A stretch of DNA of 53,319 nt, filler included, from Sphacelaria rigidula (taxonomy: Eukaryota), in the NCBI GenBank assembly GCA_964200075.2. It is 3 parts of 3 records of this genome, joined end to end, with 100 filler letters (N's around TTAATTAATTAA, not from the genome) between each part and the next. Parts side by side here need not be neighbours in the genome. Positions count along the whole stretch, not along the records: positions 35,623 to 53,319 come from CAXNAA020001014.1; 2 more parts are not named here. One strand, 5' to 3'. The notes beneath the pieces were generated by a model. The model had not been told where the DNA came from and did no database searches. It saw nothing but the letters and a program-made list of their open reading frames with translations. The stretch's first letter is position 1. Every line of letters begins with the position of its first letter. The position numbers were made by a program, and so were the translations under genes. Below, in pieces: positions 37,648 to 50,460 of the stretch.

Positions 37648-38092
37648 GTGGCAGGTCATACATCAGGAATCACGTCCGGTAAAACCGGCGAATCAGCACA
37701 GGCACACGCACGCATGAAAGACAACAAGAGCGAACGACGCCACTTGAATGCCCAGAACACTACTGGGATGACGGTGGCTAGCGAAGGCGGTGGCGATCAA
37801 TCGCCCAGGAATGGACCAGCCAATGGTGAGAAATTGGACAACGGTACATCATCCAACGCACCAGCAGTACGTGTACCAAGGACGGAGCGTGTGCCCTTGC
37901 GGCACCAAAAGCCAACCGCGTTTAGTACGTCCGCCGTCTACGGCGCCGTTGATACGACCGACAGCGAACGAGGCGGAGCGTTACAGCCGCCTCCCCCGCC
38001 ACTTCGGGGATCTGATGATGATGACGATAGCGATGTAGGCAAAAGGTTGTTGGAGACGCGGAGAAAGACGGAGCTTTGCAGTCCATCTTCAT
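37648..38092 (+). CDS. Possible low-complexity exon of an unknown gene
   Basis: 151-aa open frame with PPPPP and DDDDD tracts, ending at a strong T|GTGAGT donor; no recognisable domain or partner exons. Confidence 0.25.
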
Positions 38093-39426
38093 GTGAGTTG
38101 TAAATTCCTGATGATTCAACTTGGTCTTGCAGCTCTATTACGCTTTGAATATCCATGTAGGGGCGCGTGCCCTGATTTTGTACCTCTTTCGTTGCGGAGG
38201 GTTGTCGCTTGTGCTGACGTCTTTTAAGTACTACTCTACTACTTTTGCTCCATCATATAGACGTGGTCGGATGATAGCATGACTACAAATGTTGCATCGT
38301 TCATGTGTTTTCGATCACACCTGATTTGTTTGCTCATGTGCGCTCGCTGGCTGCTACATTTCTGCCTCTGAGGGGCACAGTACAGTTAAGTACAGTAGTA
38401 GTGCAGTGCAGACAGAGTTCAATACGTGTCTGAAGGCGAGTACAGTACAATATCACGAGTTCGATTTATTGCTGTATTTTATCATGGCCAGGATATTAAA
38501 TGGTTGAACTATCCTTGCGAAGTCGACCACCGGGGCGGCTGCGTGACGAGCCACTCTCAGTCGCTAAATCATGTTCAAGCTACTCATACGAGTTTCCCCT
38601 ACTGCTTCTGTGTGCATTGGCACGTGGAAATTTCACCTGTGCCTAGTGCGAGACCATGAGCCCAAAACCCTTCGAGCGGCAACAACACCAAACTGCCAAT
38701 AACATGCTGTGTTTGAAGCCGATTTTACCTACCCGTCATCACTCGCCACGCAAGCTAAATGAGGTGAACCGATACAAACACTACAGTTTTTTCTGCGGGT
38801 ACAATGCAGCAGAACAGTGCAGGATACACTATCCAGTCTGAGTTGCCCTTTTGCAGTGGCTCGTAGTAGGCAGTGTAATAGTGACGGGCCAGGAGTGCCC
38901 AAAAAATAATTGATAGGCTCTATGCCGATTTTTTTAATCCTAGGTGCTTTCGGGGGGGGGAGGGGGGTTACTAAATCCCATACATGAATCAGAAATGAAA
39001 AATAAAGAATAAAACATATTTTAAAAGAAAAAAATCGTGTTAATGAAGCTTTCATTCTTCGCATACCTTCGGAGCCAAGGCCAAGTTATATTCACGAGTC
39101 TCGGCAATACACTTCACATCACACTTCCACGACAAGAACAAGAGCAGACAAATACCACAATGCTCCGCAATGCTTGCTCAATCAAGCTAAACGCATCTAT
39201 CTGCACCGCCAATTTGCGCCCAATGTTGTGGTGGCAAATAGGGCCAACAGTCATGGGCGCTACCTCGCCCAAGTCGCCCTAGAATTTCTATTCATGGAGT
39301 GTATCTTGATGTGAATGAAAAAATAACCTACGACCGCCGGAGGGGGGGGGGGGTACATAAGAAGGCCCTGTATTCGCACATTTTTTTTCGATCGAAAATG
39401 GGAGGTGGAACAGGAAAACTCCGATC

Positions 39427-39600
39427 ATATATATATATATATATAATAAATTTAATTAATTAATGATATATATAATATAATAAATTTAATTAATTAATTA
39501 ATTGGATGGATGGATGGATGGATGGATGGATGGATGGATGGATGGTCATTTGATTTATTTTTTTGAGCAAGGGAAAGACAATAGATGGATGGATGGATGG
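39427..39600. repeat. (TA)n/(TTAA)n/(GGAT)n simple-repeat block with a short direct duplication
   Basis: Direct inspection. Confidence 0.85.
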
Positions 39601-39690
39601 TCATTTGATTTATTTTTTTGAGCAAGGGAAAGACAATATGATAGGTCGTAATTTTAACCATCGTCAAAAAGTGCGAAGACAGCTAGCTCC

Positions 39691-39873
39691 CTTAGCACAT
39701 GAGTTTTCGATCGAAAAAGTGCGGTGGGAACTGGTGAAAAACAAAAATCGTGACCTGATAGGTCATGATTTCAACCATCTTCAAAATAAACGACGATGGT
39801 TGAAATTACGACCTATCACATCAAGATTTTTGTTTTCCACCGCACTTTTTCGATCGAAAACCCATGTCCTAAG
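39691..39873. mobile_element. ~183-bp palindromic MITE-like element
   Basis: cttagcacatgagttttcgatcgaaaaagtgcggtgg ... ccaccgcactttttcgatcgaaaacccatgtcctaag; partial arms also at ~39385 and ~39640. Confidence 0.75.
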
Positions 39874-40004
39874 ACAGGGTCTTTTACTTTTGGGTTATGG
39901 TTATATTGGTGGTATGCTCCTTGCACTCTGTGACCACGGGTTCGAGAGATCGAGCTAATGTGATGGATATAATAATACCGTAATACAAGTAGGCCCCCAA
40001 GCAC

Positions 40005-41636
40005 AGGTCAGCTGTTGAATCGGCATCAATTGCACTCGAGAAATTGATAGATGACCCAGGCGGCCGAACCTCACCGTCAAGACGTTTGACCCTTCACCCA
40101 TTGACCGCGAGGGTAGTCCATCTAGATCATGCACACTTTTTTCAAGTAGAATTGATGCCGATTCAACAGATGACCTATTCTCGCCATCTAAGGGTCGAAT
40201 GGCGACAGCAGATCATCCGTTGAATCGACATCAATATATCACTTGGAAAGGGTATCCACGATCCAGATCGACTACCCGCGCAGTGCAAGGGTTATAACCC
40301 TTAACCCTTGGACAGCGAGAGTAGGTCATCTGTTGAGTCGGCATCAATTTCACTTGAAAAAAGTATGCATGGTCCAGACGGACTACCCTCGCGGTCTAAG
40401 GGTTAAATCGCGGTAAGGTTATAACCCTAATCCTTGGACCGCGAGGGTAGTCCATCTTGAACGTGTATACTTTCAAGTGAAATTGATGTAGATTCACCAG
40501 ATGACCTACCCTCGCGGTCAAAATATTAAATTTTAGGTGAAATTGATGTCCATCCAATAGATTACCCTCTCTGGCGGCCGAAGGGTTAACTCTGGATGCA
40601 GGCTCATACTTAACCCTTGGACCGCGATGCGGGTAGTCCGTCAGGATCACACATACTTTTTTCAAGTGAAATTGATGTCCGTTCAATAGATGACCCACTC
40701 TGGTGGCCGAAGGGTCAAGTCTGGATGAAGGTTCATACATTGTTCAGATATCACCGCTGCAATGAAGCCCAATCACTGCAAAAACAGTGCACCTGCGGAA
40801 TCCGGGGTTCGTCTTAACCCTTAGACCGCGAGGTTAGTCTTTCTGGACCATGCATATTTTTTTGCACTTGAAATTGATGCTGATTCAACAGAAGACTAAG
40901 CTCGCGGTCTAAGGGTTGACCCGTAGACTACGATATCTGGATCATGCATACTGTTTTTCACTTGAAATTGATGCTGATTCAACAGAAGACTAACCTCGCG
41001 GTCTGAGGGTTAACCCTTAGACTGTGAGGGTCGTCCATCTAAATCGTGCATACCCTTTCCAAGTGAAAGTGATGCCGATTCAACAGATGACCTACCCTCG
41101 TCGTCGACGGGTTAACCCTTACACCGCGATGCGGGTAGTCCATCTGGATCACGCATACTTTTTTCGAGTAAAAATTGAAGCCGATTCAGCAGGTGACCCA
41201 CCCTCGCGGTCTGAGGGTTGAAAGCAAATTAAAAATGCCCCAAAGGTTCACGAGAAAGTCGAGTTAACCGTTGGGCCGCGAGCGTCGTCCATCTGGGTCA
41301 TGTATACTACTTTCACCTGAAAATAATGCCGATTCATCTAATGACCTACTCTCGATGTCTAAGGGTTAACCCTCTTGAGACCGGAGTGGACTTACCGGGG
41401 CTGAGAGTGCTCATCTTGCGTAGGCATCGTTTTCACATGGAAACGAGTGAAAATGATGCCGATTCATAACTAGACACTGCGTGCAGGCCAGGACTAAACA
41501 TCTTGTTTAGTGCGACTCTGGTCTCAAAAGGGTCAGCCCCTTGACCGGCTGCGCAGGTCATCTTTTAGATCGGCATCAACTTCACGTGGAACCCGTTGGT
41601 GCCCGGCGCGGATGACCTTCCCTCGTGGTCATTGGG
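40005..41636. mobile_element. Array of ~13 piggyBac-like MITEs (~100 bp; CCCTT...AAGGG termini, TTAA junctions), mixed orientation
   Basis: Unit CCCTTRGACCGCGAGGGTAGTCCATCTGGATC...AAATTGATGCCGATTCAACAGATGACCTACCCTCGCGGTCTAAGGG; junctions such as GAGGG-TTAA-CCCTT (41010) and CGGG-TTAA-CCCTT (41112). Confidence 0.85.
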
Positions 41637-42257
41637 ATAGAACCAACGCAGTATAGTTCACCACTTGGGAGGATGCTACGTTTGATTTTTAGTTCGACTT
41701 GATTTTAGCGAAATGCGGATCTTTAATGGGACTGTGCTTCATGCGTGCTCTAAGCGTGCGCAGAACGCGTTTCTGTCAAAATCAGCGCCTATGGCGCCGA
41801 TGTGAGGTCGGCAACGCACACATCGCCTGAGGAACACGTTGCACTCCCGCGCCCGAGGGTCCTCGGTGTACCTTCGTTGAGGTTAGTATTAGAGTTAGTG
41901 TTGTTGTTATAGTTTGTTCGAAATTATAAATTTTCGAGAAATTTTGCACCCTCCGAAGTGGTGAGCTAACCTCAGCCAAAGCGCCACCAACTTCCCTGGC
42001 CTGGTGAACTTGCACTTCATCAGGTGTGCCACTCCGTTTGCTGCTGCTGTCTTGCTGTGCCATGTAACAAAGTTGCTTTGAGGTGTGTGCCCTTCAAACA
42101 ATAACGACGGATTCAATACACGAAGAGGATTGTTCCGAGATAGACCCGCATAGTGCATCTTTTTATTTTCTTCTTTTCCCTCACACTTTGAACCCCTCCC
42201 CTTCCTCGGGACGACTCCGTGGTCTCAAGGGCGCAACCCATCTCTCCNNNNNNNNNN

Positions 42258-42328
42258 GCATCGGGAATTTGAACCCCCGTTCTCTCCACCCTAATGGCGA
42301 CAGTCGGACCATTACACCACCGGGGCGC
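42258..42328 (-). mobile_element. tRNA-Pro-like SINE head or tRNA pseudogene
   Basis: Reverse complement GCGCCCCGGTGGTGTAATGGTCCGACTGTCGCCATTAGGGTGGAGAGAACGGGGGTTCAAATTCCCGA has A- and B-boxes and a TTAGGGT loop like tRNA-Pro(AGG); stems imperfect; runs into a 10-N gap. Confidence 0.55.
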
Positions 42329-43490
42329 GGCGGCTATCTATCCATCATATTCACCAATCCGTGAATTGACGAATTCGCGGCAGATTGATGAACTTGGTGA
42401 CAGATGCACGCAGCCACCCTTCAGTTGATTGATTATCTTACATTAGCTGATTGCAACAATCCAGCCCGTGTTCAGGAGCAGCAAAAAATAACAGAATGGC
42501 AGAAGAAAAAGAAGGAGAGGAACAGAAAAAGACAAAAGCAACGGCCGCAGAAAGCAGAGAATAAAGGAAGCAGCGATAACGACAAAAACACCACCACCAA
42601 CAACAAACAGAAAAAGCAAGAACAAACAGCAACAGCAATAACGACAAAATAACAACAAACATACACACAGACACAAACAACACAGCAAAACGATTATCTC
42701 GCATTACGTAGCTGATTGCAGCACTCCATAACCTGCATCATTTTCCCTTGAAAACGACTGAAAATGACGCTGATTCACAAAGAGGCCCCCGTGTGCAAAC
42801 CACATATTTCTGGGAATCCGGTCCCAAAAGGGTTAACGACACTTTTAGTTCAGACGGAATCACTGACATTTTCGGTCAATTTCCACTTTTTCCCAACCTA
42901 TGTGAGGGCATGTTTCTTGTCCAGTTCAGGCAATAAATGAATATTGAACTTACCCTTCTTCGGAACTATGCGATGATTCTCGGGTAACGACAACGCTCGT
43001 CATGTACCACAGCAGTGCGGGCGGGACCCTCCCTCGAAAGCAAAACCGTCAGAATAGCTGATGAAAACAACACTGTCCAAAACACTTGCAGACCCGTGAA
43101 CCCGTCCAATCGCAGCTGTCATATACCGACCACTGCTGTGGCTAAGGCTGTGAGCAACACCGGAGGTCACGGCCGCGACAACAGCCGCAGCCGCCATCGA
43201 TCTCATTGCTAACGTGTTCTTGTGTTCCGGGTGGTATCCACCGTATGCGTGCAGCATGTGTTCTCTCCTTCGCCGGCATGAGGGGGTGATCACAACAGAC
43301 TAGAACTGCTTTCTGTTCTGGCCATGGCTTGGAGTATCACCGGCAAGGCACCAAGGCATGTACCAACTCTCGCACACTGACGAGCACCACGGGGTGCACA
43401 ATGGCCGCTCGCCGGATCTCGGTCAGTGCTCTCGTGACTTATTCCGCGAAAAGGATTTATTTCGGACAAGTCCAATGTATATTATATATA

Positions 43491-44100
43491 CTAGTATACA
43501 AAAGGTATAAATTCTCGTTTTTCGCCCAAGAAAGGTACGAAAAATGGCCAGGCACGCGAAAACAGCGAAACACCCCATTCTGACCATTTTTGCCCCGAAG
43601 TTTTCACGCACACTATTCAGGGGGGGCATTGGCACCCGAGCCTCGAGGAAAAAACGGGGAAAAAAAACATGTTACTCGAGAGACATGGCCACGCGGAAGC
43701 GGACATTTCACCTCCAGAAACCCCTTACCTTTGTAGGCCAAATTTCACCCAGGTATACCTGATCTGGGCATTGTTTTTTAATCGTACCTCTTCTGGGCCA
43801 GCAGTCGGCGCAGAAAGTACCTGTCCTGGGTCGTCCTTCCTACGCTGTACTTTATACGGCACACTGTGCTCAAAACAATCTACGCGCCAACTCCAACCAT
43901 GGCGTCCACACAAAAGGCTCTTTTCCCACCTATTTGCCGTTCACGAACGCCACAACGACCACACCCCTTTCTCCCTGATGATGGTTCCTGAGTCTCTCCG
44001 CATCGATATAAGAGCTAGACTCACAAATCACAACATTTTGGTCTTTCGCGCTTGCGGAGAGTTACGTCGCATCGTGGTGTTGCGATCTGGGGCTGTTGTC
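43491..44100 (-). repeat. Dispersed repeat copy, inverted relative to 45844-46313
   Basis: About 470 bp reverse-complement match to 45844-46313, with a further match to 34960-35300; terminal CTAG. Confidence 0.75.
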
Positions 44101-44308
44101 ATATTCCTTCTGGGATCCTTTTCCCCCACATTGGTATGTTGATGGCAGGTGTCATATTGTCCTGTCGTTTTCAAGTCAAAATGATGCCAATTTACACCTT
44201 TTTGTAAAATGGCATCATTTTGACTTGAAAACAGAGCTAATGGAAAGTGCCACAACCATACCGTTTTGCCGAGTCCGGTCCCAACAGCTCCAATGGTTGT
44301 GGCGTTAA

Positions 44309-45828
44309 CCCTTTTGGAACTCACGATGGAAAATTGATCATTTGCAATTGACGATTTTTGAGCAACACATGGTTGATGGTTCATTAGCTTAGACGCAACA
44401 ATTTTGGCCAAACGCGCATTTTTCAGACCCGTACGAGTGACAAGTAGAACAAGAGAAGGTTTCCTTTTTTCTTGCTGCAATCCGTCGGCGTTTTTTTTCT
44501 ACACTCATGAGGTCCTTGCTCGGCCACAGGGCGATGCAGGCCTCTATGAAGCATGCTTCCGGCCTGACCTGCACGCCCTGCCCGCTGCAGTTTATACTCT
44601 TTGCAGTGTCATAGCAACAAAGACAACGCCGATGGCACATTCGCTGAATGTATGAACTGGTGGTATGCAATCCCAGGCAGTCACCTTTCCGTGCCGCCGG
44701 GGGTGCTGCGACACTGCCCTGTACAGTACTGGGTGTGTTTACAGCAGTTTGAGGTACTCTCGACTGCAGACTCACGTCATGCACAACATCGCGCTCATGC
44801 ACGTTCCGACAGCACCGTCCCGCCCTTTAAAAAATGGGTAAAGGCGACGCAGACGCCATGTGCCCTGCAGTTATGCATCGTCACTGTGGTGTTGAATCTG
44901 CCAAGTGCCGTCGCCCCAGGGGTAATACCTTACTGCTTCGTGTCATGTCTGTTTTGCATTTTGAATATAACTCTGTAAAACGCGGGGCATACATAAAACT
45001 GCGCTCTGCCAAGTACGTGCCGACAACATCATACTTCGGGCTGACTATTACACAACGGCGTAGCGAGAGGCACAGTTGCTCCACCACATCTATACCACGG
45101 GTTGATCGTTCCCGACCGTTGCATAGACATACTTCAGACTGCATGAGATTCATGACGCTGGCTACCGCTATCGTCTCGTGCCGTCTACTCTCGTGGCCGA
45201 CTGTTCACGACATGTCCATATTTATCGTGCACGGAGTGTAGCCGCAAGTCAATACTGTAACCTACTGTATTCACTGACTGCAGTGTTCTTCATCTGGTCT
45301 GATTACGGTAGGCGATGTCCGTCGGCTCCCTCCCCTGTACATGTACGTCGCCTGTTCGGACGCCTGCGATTACACCCGCCATGTACCGCCTGCACAACCC
45401 ACTGTGCCTTCCACATGTGGTGACGGGATTTCGCTGGGTTCGGCCATACTGTGCTGTATGTACGGTGTGGCTTGGCAAACTCGCCACCCGATGCTGCAGC
45501 CCGTCAAAGCGGTGCTTCCCTCATGTACAAATGCTAACATACAAACGTGCCAGGTTGGACCCTGGAGCCCATTGCTATTTTTTGAATGGAATGTTTCATA
45601 GTGGTTTTGCTGGTTATTGTCGATGGATATATTTTGACACACTTCATCCGTTGCGTGGTATGATTGGACAAACCTTACCCAATTTCTCCAGGGAGGACAT
45701 TCTTCTCCGGGCTTCCATTATAAAAATGGTTGCCGTCGGCATAGTCTGTTTCCATGTTTTCCTGTTCGTCAGGGCTTCTCATAATGAGGCGTTTGGCCAG
45801 GGGACAGGAGGGGAGGGTTCCAAAAGGG
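44309..45828. mobile_element. 1.5-kb non-autonomous piggyBac-like element
   Basis: TTAA|CCCTTTTGGAAC ... GTTCCAAAAGGG|TTAA; the minus-strand Cys-rich relic HRRCLCCY...C...ACF resembles a transposase C-terminal CRD. Confidence 0.75.
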
Positions 45829-45843
45829 TTAAGGTTAGTGGCA

Positions 45844-46313
45844 TGTGATCGTTGTGGCGTTCGTGAACGGCAAATGGGTGGGGAAAGAGCCGAATGTGTG
45901 GGCGTCATGTTTGGAGTTGGCGCGTATATTCCCTTGCGCGCAGTGTGCCGCATCAGGTACAGTGTGGAAAGCGATGGCCCAGGACAGGTACTTTCTGGGC
46001 CGACTGCTGGCCCAGAGAAGGTACGATTGAAGAAAAAATCCTTAATCAGGTATACCTGGCTCAAATGTGGCCTTGAAAGGGTAAATCATTTATGGAGGCG
46101 AGACGTCCTCCTGTGCATGGCCATATCTCGCGAGCAGCATGTTTTTTCCCGGATTTGTTTCGAGGCTTGGGTGCCGAGGAGCCCCCCAATTGCTGTGCGT
46201 GAAAAATGCGGAGTGAAATCAGTGTTGTAGATTGTGTGTTTTGCTGTTCTCGGGTCTCTGGTCATTTTTCGTACCTTTCTCAGGCAAAATACGAGAAAGT
46301 ATACATTTTCTAG
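45844..46313 (+). repeat. Dispersed repeat copy ending in CTAG
   Basis: Inverse of 43491-43963. Confidence 0.75.
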
Positions 46314-49300
46314 GCCATTGCTCTATTTATTTTATTATTGTGTTCAGAAAAAGTCGGGAGAAGTTCAAGAGTCTGAAAGGGAAATCCCTTGAGTAACACC
46401 CCTAAGAGAAAAACGTGATTTACGTGTGAACTCTCTGCTGCCTAGATTTGCACGGCGCACAGGGTGCACTCTTAAGTAGTCTATGCGACCGTCATTACAC
46501 AGTGGCGTCCGCTCAACAAGTACTAAAGTACTGCGAACACGGTAAATACAGCCCTTGGTCTCGCGCTCTTGAACCAGATAGCGTACGTTGTTTCCTTCTT
46601 TTTGTACTGTACTGTGTTGCACTCCACTGCACGGCATGTAGGTTCCTTGGAGGTGGCCGACACTACAGCACGATGCATGAAACACCGCTGGTCAGAGCCG
46701 CGACCTTCCTCTCTCCAAGAAGACGGTTTGTCTGATTCGGCAGTCTCGCGTAGCGGCCTGGCTGTAGTTATCATGTACACAATACTGGTCCGCTGCTCGA
46801 TTGACCAACACGTTATTATGTCATGATCCAATCTGCCACTGCGGGTCCGGGAGAACACGATGGCACTTAGTGAACTGCTGTAGGGCGTGTTGATGGAAGT
46901 GTTTTGCATACGTACGCGATCAAACTTTGCCGTTGGATGGCGGTAGTTTGGTAGGTTTTCGCACCCCGACCCCGACCCCTCAAAAACACAAGAATCGAGC
47001 AACCTCCACTGTTGGCCTTGCTGTGTGGTACTATTTTGCGGCAGCATTGGAAGCGGAAGACCCGACGACCTACAACGCGCAGGACGGGGTGCTCGATGTT
47101 CACTCAGATAGTCAGGTATGCGAAGGCGGATTTAAAAGCGCAAATGTTTTGATCCTTTAATCACGAAGGTGTGGTGCACCAGTGTGCTGTTGTACTCGTA
47201 GGCTTGAGCGTGTTGCAATCGGCATTTTTTTTCTTTTATTTTTAGGAGAGGATATGACTTCGTCGACCGTAGAAGTATCATGACATCATTTTTCGCGTGG
47301 AAATCGAGTGTTTCACGTTAACATATCGATTTTACGATTGATGGGTGGATAAAGATTCCAAAATGCTCAAGCCCTCATGCCTCACCATGCCATGACAGTG
47401 ACATCTCACCCCCCTCCCCCCGCTAATGATCAAACGACTAAGGCAAGCTACAAATAAGTATGCCCCCCTCCCCGCTGATCGCGAAGCCATGCCCTGTACC
47501 CAGTATGCTTGTTTAGACCCGGCCAACCATAAAAAAACTACGGAGATTTGTGAATAAGGATGGATATTTCCATGAAAACTAGACATTCTTGCCCCCGTGA
47601 AACGGAACCCGAAATTTTATCACAAAATAAAATACAGCCCACCTGGGGGGAGCGAGACCCTAACTGCAAGCGGGTATATACAAACGCGTAATTGCCGTGG
47701 TGCACATCCGGTACGATGTAGAACAGGTTCGCCTACTTGTGGCGGACCAACAGCGGTCACTGTCACCAGTACCAAACCCGGCTCAATCTGTGCCTGTGGG
47801 CCCAAACTACTCCGAGTACGAGAAGTACTTTGTTGGCGCATGTGATCCCCATTACGGTGGATATATATATCCACTCACAGTCTTGATTGTTTGGCGAAGC
47901 AGATTCCCGTGTTCCCCATCCGCCTGCAGTCAGGATTTGGCCTTCTAGTGTTTGTCGTCTTCCTAGTTTTCGATTATATAGGGCTTTGTTTCATGCGCAA
48001 GAGTTTGTATTTTTCATCCATCCAAGAATAAAATCCTTACTTTGGTATTTCCGAATTTCGTGGTGGTGGGCCGAGTCTGGAATAAGTCAGGGAGTAGTCA
48101 AGTAACGCCACGCACGAACACCTTGCATACTTCGGCTTTATCGATTCAGCCACTCATAAAGGCACATTTTTTTCTCCCCACTGTACCGTCTTTGCTCGCA
48201 ATGGGAAAATGCACTGCAAGTGCGTGGCTGAGCGCGAAAACATTCTGGTATTGTTGTGGAATGTACCGAGGCGTGTCTGTTCGCGATGTAGAAGAGGCCG
48301 TATCGGTCATCATGCGGTGATCTGCACCACCAGGGTCGTATTTCTAGAGGCGGGTCGCGTAGACAAGTATTTCCTCCGCATGACTGAAAATCACCCCCTG
48401 TACGCCCTTCCTTTGCTTCGTTGCCCAAGCCATCCAGCTTCACGTATCGGGCTTGTTTGTGCAAGTGCTCCGCCTTGCCTCACATACCGCCGATTTTACG
48501 TCGAAACGCCTCCATGTAAATAGGCGCGGGGGGATGCGCAACTGCCGGGGTCTGTGGGCGATGACAAATGGAGTCGAATGAACTGGACGTTCCAGGGCAA
48601 ATCGCCCAAGTTCATCAGATTTGGGGTGCTGTTACTGGTAAGTCCTGGAGGCATGTCTATATGAGGGGAGGAGGGGACGCGCACGAGTGACATCGCGTTT
48701 CGCCGGAGAATGCCCCTCAAATACAGTACTTGATGATGTTACAGGTTAACCGCATTCAGCCATGCTTTTCGTCGGTGGAGTTGAGCAGGCCATACGGCTT
48801 GTCTGCGCGGCTGGCAAACACAAGGGGCATGCTGTCGTCTCTTACCGTCACGATTGCTGACGTCAAGTGCGACTGCACCAACCGTTTCGGGTGACGTCCT
48901 CAGAATGGGCCGCTTGCTCGTCCCCCGCTTCTCCAAATTTGCTTGGAAAATGACATACTGTCGTGCGGCACCTTTTGTGTAACAGGGAGTCGGTCGCTGC
49001 AAGAAACCCGTTTTTTATTGCTAGCCTGCGGATATATCCTGCTGTGCTGTGTTGTACTGCCATGTTGCTTTATTTTCTGAAAACTGCCAGCCGTGCATAT
49101 TGAGCAGCTAGCTCCCTTGCGGAGCGAGGCTGTTTTGCCGTGTTCTGTCCACCAAACGCTTCGGGAAGGTTTTCCTGAGCGTGGGCGAAGGAAAAGGCCG
49201 ATGGACTCCACGCGTCCCCACCTCCCGATCTTGAGTATTCATTTCGTTACACACGTTCCCCTGCGCGTGCCTCGTGTGTGCATTTTGTCATGTCCCGGTT

Positions 49301-50203
49301 TGCGGTTTTCGACGTCTGCAGATAACGCTGCTGCCGTTTGGTGCGCACTTTACGAAGAACTGCTTCAGCTCCCTGGAGGTGTACTTCCTTAGGGTGAGAC
49401 CCTTTGTCCAAGTAGCATCGGACATGGACTCAGTGTCAGGGCATTTGCCATGGGAAAACGGAGGCATTTTTGTTGTCTTCGATGTCAGCTTGGTGTCCCA
49501 TCTGTACTGACCTGCTGACGTCTGAAGGCGGCCCCGCTCCTTGCTCCCGGAGTGGAAGTATGTGCAAGAAGCACTCGCCGGATGAACGGATGAAGTTCGT
49601 CGTTGTTACTTGTCCCCATCGAACCGAAGGGGGAGTCGGTTAACCAAAATCGCCCCGAGGACGAAGCAAGAAATCCCGTGTCGTACTGCAGTTAAAACTA
49701 CCCGCGGTGTAAAGTACGACGACTTGTTGAACAAACGGAAAATTGTGGGTACTGTGGTCGTCGGAGTCCACGCTGCTTGGTGCTTGCCTGGAGGGTGTTG
49801 ATGTAGCTCGTCGTGTCACCTCTACGGCGGGATAGTTATGCTTGAATCTGTTCCATGTCTTCGATGTCCTTGTACTGTTTGTACTGCACTTTTCCTTCGG
49901 TGAATGTTTTGTTTGTTGACCTCGGGTAGGTAGGTAGGTCTACATATCGTGACCGACCGACGATGGCGCTCGTAACGGACCAGTTGTCGTGAGAAGACGT
50001 CAAATCAAGCATTCAAAATCAGTCACACTCGAGTGGGAGCAGGATACCAGTGGAGGTTATCAATGCCCAAATGCATCTCTTCCTTCTATGATACGCCAGC
50101 AGGGAATCTATTCCGCCCCCAGCGTGTCTTGAAGCTCGCTAGTTCGCCATTGCGTAGACTCGTAGCTGGAACCGGCGGTAATCGGCCATTGCAGTTGTTA
50201 ACC

Positions 50204-50460
50204 GAGTGATGCTACGGTAGGGGTGCACAAATATTTTCTCAGGTTAGAATTGTTGGGAACCCGTGGTATCATCCAAAATAGGTGTTACGAAAATATGTGA
50301 GAGTACCCCAGGATTACTATTCCAATGTGCTGGGAATATCCCGACTGAATTTGCAAATGAGAATGTCGTGACCCATACTCTTGTGCATCTAGAATCGTTA
50401 GGAGCCTCTGAACCAGACAACATTTCGCGTAAGAAGTGCACCCCTACCGTAGCATTGCTC
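50204..50460 (+). mobile_element. Same MITE family, TSD AACC
   Basis: GAGTGATGCTACGGTAGGGGTGCAC ... GTGCACCCCTACCGTAGCATTGCTC, with AACC on both sides. Confidence 0.88.

Noticed and set aside
40005..41636. CRISPR-like array
   Set aside because: The sequences between repeats are homologous rather than unique spacers, orientation is mixed, termini are piggyBac-like, there are no cas genes, and the DNA is eukaryotic.
42404..42704. K/Q-rich and hydrophobic ORFs
   Set aside because: Translations of A/C-rich low-complexity DNA.
42820..42836. Lone piggyBac-like right end (CCAAAAGGG-TTAA)
   Set aside because: No matching left end could be assigned.
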